A DNA stretch of 64,000 nt from Macrostomum hystrix (lineage: Eukaryota; Animalia; Platyhelminthes), in contig CATNEN010000001.1 of the NCBI GenBank assembly GCA_950097015.1, positions 16,740,001 to 16,804,000 of the forward strand, written 5' to 3'. Shown piece by piece: positions 61,935 to 64,000 of the stretch. The notes under the pieces are model-generated. The model was not told the origin of the DNA. It saw only the letters and a list, made by a program, of their open reading frames with translations, and searched no databases. Numbering within the stretch: position 1 is the first letter of the stretch; each line of letters begins with the position of its first letter. The position numbers and the translations under genes were made by a program.

Positions 61935-62556
61935 TGCCAGTTGTGTGGAGTGCCAGTTGTGTGGAGTGCCAGTTGTGTGGAGTGCCAGTTGTGTGGAGTG
62001 CCAGTTGTGTGGAGTGCCAGTTGTGTCGAGTGCCAGTTGTGTGGAGTGCCAGTTGTGTGGAGTGCCAGTTGTGTGGAGTGCCAGTTGTGTGGAGTGCCAG
62101 TTGTGTGGAGTGCCAGTTGTGTGGAGTGCCAGTTGTGTGGAGTGCCAGTTGTGTGGAGTGCCAGTTGTGTGGAGTGCCAGTTGTGTGGAGTGCCAGTTGT
62201 GTGGAGTGCCAGTTGTGTGGAGTGCCAGTTGTGTGGAGTGCCAGTTGTGTGGAGTGCCAGTTGTGTGGAGTGCCAGTTGTGTGGAGTGCCAGTTGTGTGG
62301 AGTGCCAGTTGTGTGGAGTGCCAGTTGTGTGGAGTGCCAGTTGTGTGGAGTGCCAGTTGTGTGGAGTGCCAGTTGTGTGGAGTGCCAGTTGTGTGGAGTG
62401 CCAGTTGTGTGGAGTGCCAGTTGTGTGGAGTGCCAGTTGTGTGGAGTGCCAGTTGTGTGGAGTGCCAGTTGTGTGGAGTGCCAGTTGTGTGGAGTGCCAG
62501 TTGTGTGGAGTGCCAGTTGTGTGGAGTGCCAGTTGTGTGGAGTGCCAGTTGTGTGA
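61935..62556. repeat. Near-perfect 16-bp minisatellite (tgccagttgtgtggag), ~39 copies
   Basis: Tandem units read directly, with one variant unit seen. They explain the four overlapping repetitive ORFs. Confidence 0.97.
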
Positions 62557-62597
62557 GTTGTGAGCTGGCTTGCTTGGAGGAATACTAATACGAGCGT

Positions 62598-62903
62598 AAC
62601 TGCAGGAGGGCTGCGGGCAGTGGCACATCATTTGGTGACGCTAGACCCGCAGCCAGCGAGGAGGCAATTCTGCCCGTTTCGCTGACTCCTGAGCACACAC
62701 GCACACAGATACTGTACGCAGGCATACGCTCACACATGTGTTTACAAAATCTGTCCTGACTTTCTCATTGTAAAATGTCGGACGAGCCCAAGCCTTATCT
62801 TCACGGCTGCGCCCCAAATAATTGTGGCATCGCAGCGGAATCGAGCTCAGGGACCTTATCAGTGTGTGAGGCAAACGCGATAGCCGCTCTGCCAATTCCT
62901 CCC
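62598..62903 (-). mobile_element. SINE family A copy
   Basis: Match to the family. Confidence 0.8.
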
Positions 62904-63328
62904 CGTGGCTAATTCTAGCCAGAGAGTGATGAGAATGCCACGTTGTGACCGGAAGGTAAGAAATTTAAGAAGCAAGTGAAATGATTAATAAAAAAATAAA
63001 TATCCGGACACATTCTGCAGTCGGTTTCACGTCGCCCCAGTGTCACCACTTCAGTTATAATGTTCTAGACAGCAGTACATTCCACCCAAAAGCACGTGAT
63101 AATCCCGCAAACAAACGTATACTCGGTTGTATTAAAATTAATCAAGAAAAATGTTCGGACGGTTAAGGAATGATAAGGAAACAGACATTTCTATGGCAAC
63201 ATCAGCTCTGGAGCATTGCTAGCGACATCAGTGAGTGACGCATAGAAGGCACAGACGTTTAGGGAATGTAAAATAAAAGTTGTGTAAAAGCTTTGCGCGA
63301 GTTAATAGTGAGATTTGAGACACTTCAT

Positions 63329-64000
63329 TCATTCCTGGCTGCAAGTGTCATAGTTCGGCACGTTGGCGACCCCGGTGGTGGCGCGAACACCGCTGAGCAT
63401 CTCCTGGCGGTAGAACTCGTACAGCTCATCGATGAGGTCCTTGGTGACAATGTGCAGCTTGCGAGCTTCGAGGTCACGCAGCTCCTTGCGCACCTCAACC
63501 TTGGGCCCGTCAACTTCGACCACCTTGCAGTCGTCGCTGCCAGCAGTCTTGTGGAAGTCGTTTATACGCTCTGACGTCTTGCTGCGCACCTCAAACAGAT
63601 CTGGCAGCATCTTGGCGGTCTGCTCGGCGCCCTTGCACACGATCAAGTACTTGTAGTCGGGAAAGAGGCTCTCCACAATGGTGTCTTCATCGGTGTCGCG
63701 GCTAAACAGGACGCACTCGCCTGAGCGAACGCTCGCGACGAAGTCGCAAACACCCAAGTTGACAGCCGGGTTGGTCTCCAGCACCCGACGGAACTGCAGC
63801 CAAGCCAACCGCTCGGCTTCGACCTGCAGCGACGGAGCGCAGGGTGACAGGGCGGTGCAGTCGGCAGCGGCATGGTTGTACAGCTGCTTCAGGGCTAGCT
63901 GCGTCTCGGGCATGCGGCTGAGGATGGCCGAGCAGCGCTTCAGCGCCTCCACCGGCGAAACTTCGTCAGCTTCGATCGTTTCACCGCCGGGCGTTGTCAT
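63329..64000 (-). CDS. Uncharacterised protein; ORF reaches the window edge and may be a last exon
   Basis: 223-codon non-repetitive ORF with GC-rich, coding-like composition, followed by an AT-richer 3' flank. No confident family call. Confidence 0.65.
   Translation of the reverse strand: MTTPGGETIEADEVSPVEALKRCSAILSRMPETQLALKQLYNHAAADCTALSPCAPSLQVEAERLAWLQFRRVLETNPAVNLGVCDFVASVRSGECVLFSRDTDEDTIVESLFPDYKYLIVCKGAEQTAKMLPDLFEVRSKTSERINDFHKTAGSDDCKVVEVDGPKVEVRKELRDLEARKLHIVTKDLIDELYEFYRQEMLSGVRATTGVANVPNYDTCSQE

Noticed and set aside
61753-62631. Long Cys/His-rich ORFs in four frames (CVECQLCGVPVVWSAS; HNWHSTQLALHTTGTP)
   Set aside because: Artefact of a stop-free 16-bp tandem repeat.

Overview
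Eukaryotic, intron-rich animal DNA. The pattern of intronic minisatellites, tRNA-derived SINEs and apparent trans-splice acceptors resembles a free-living flatworm such as Macrostomum (inference only). Plus strand: the 3' part of an S28 prolyl carboxypeptidase gene, a 6-exon MTBP-like gene and a 3-exon C3orf38-like gene, packed like an operon. The MTBP-like gene has no visible ATG of its own and may take it from a spliced leader. Minus strand: an orphan class A GPCR, then the cholinergic locus (13-exon ChAT with two candidate cassette micro-exons, and an intronless VAChT directly upstream). After it come two tandem ~1,450-aa genes that fuse a long degenerate ankyrin-like solenoid to a cGAS/Mab-21-type nucleotidyltransferase with an intact-looking active site, and finally one uncharacterised ORF at the window edge. 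The two solenoid-cGLR genes are the most interesting element: their enzyme halves are ~99% identical while their repeat halves are strongly diverged, as expected of a diversifying sensor-plus-second-messenger-synthase receptor family. All exon models were built by hand from GT-AG sites and reading-frame continuity. Family calls rest on motifs recalled from memory, not on database searches.
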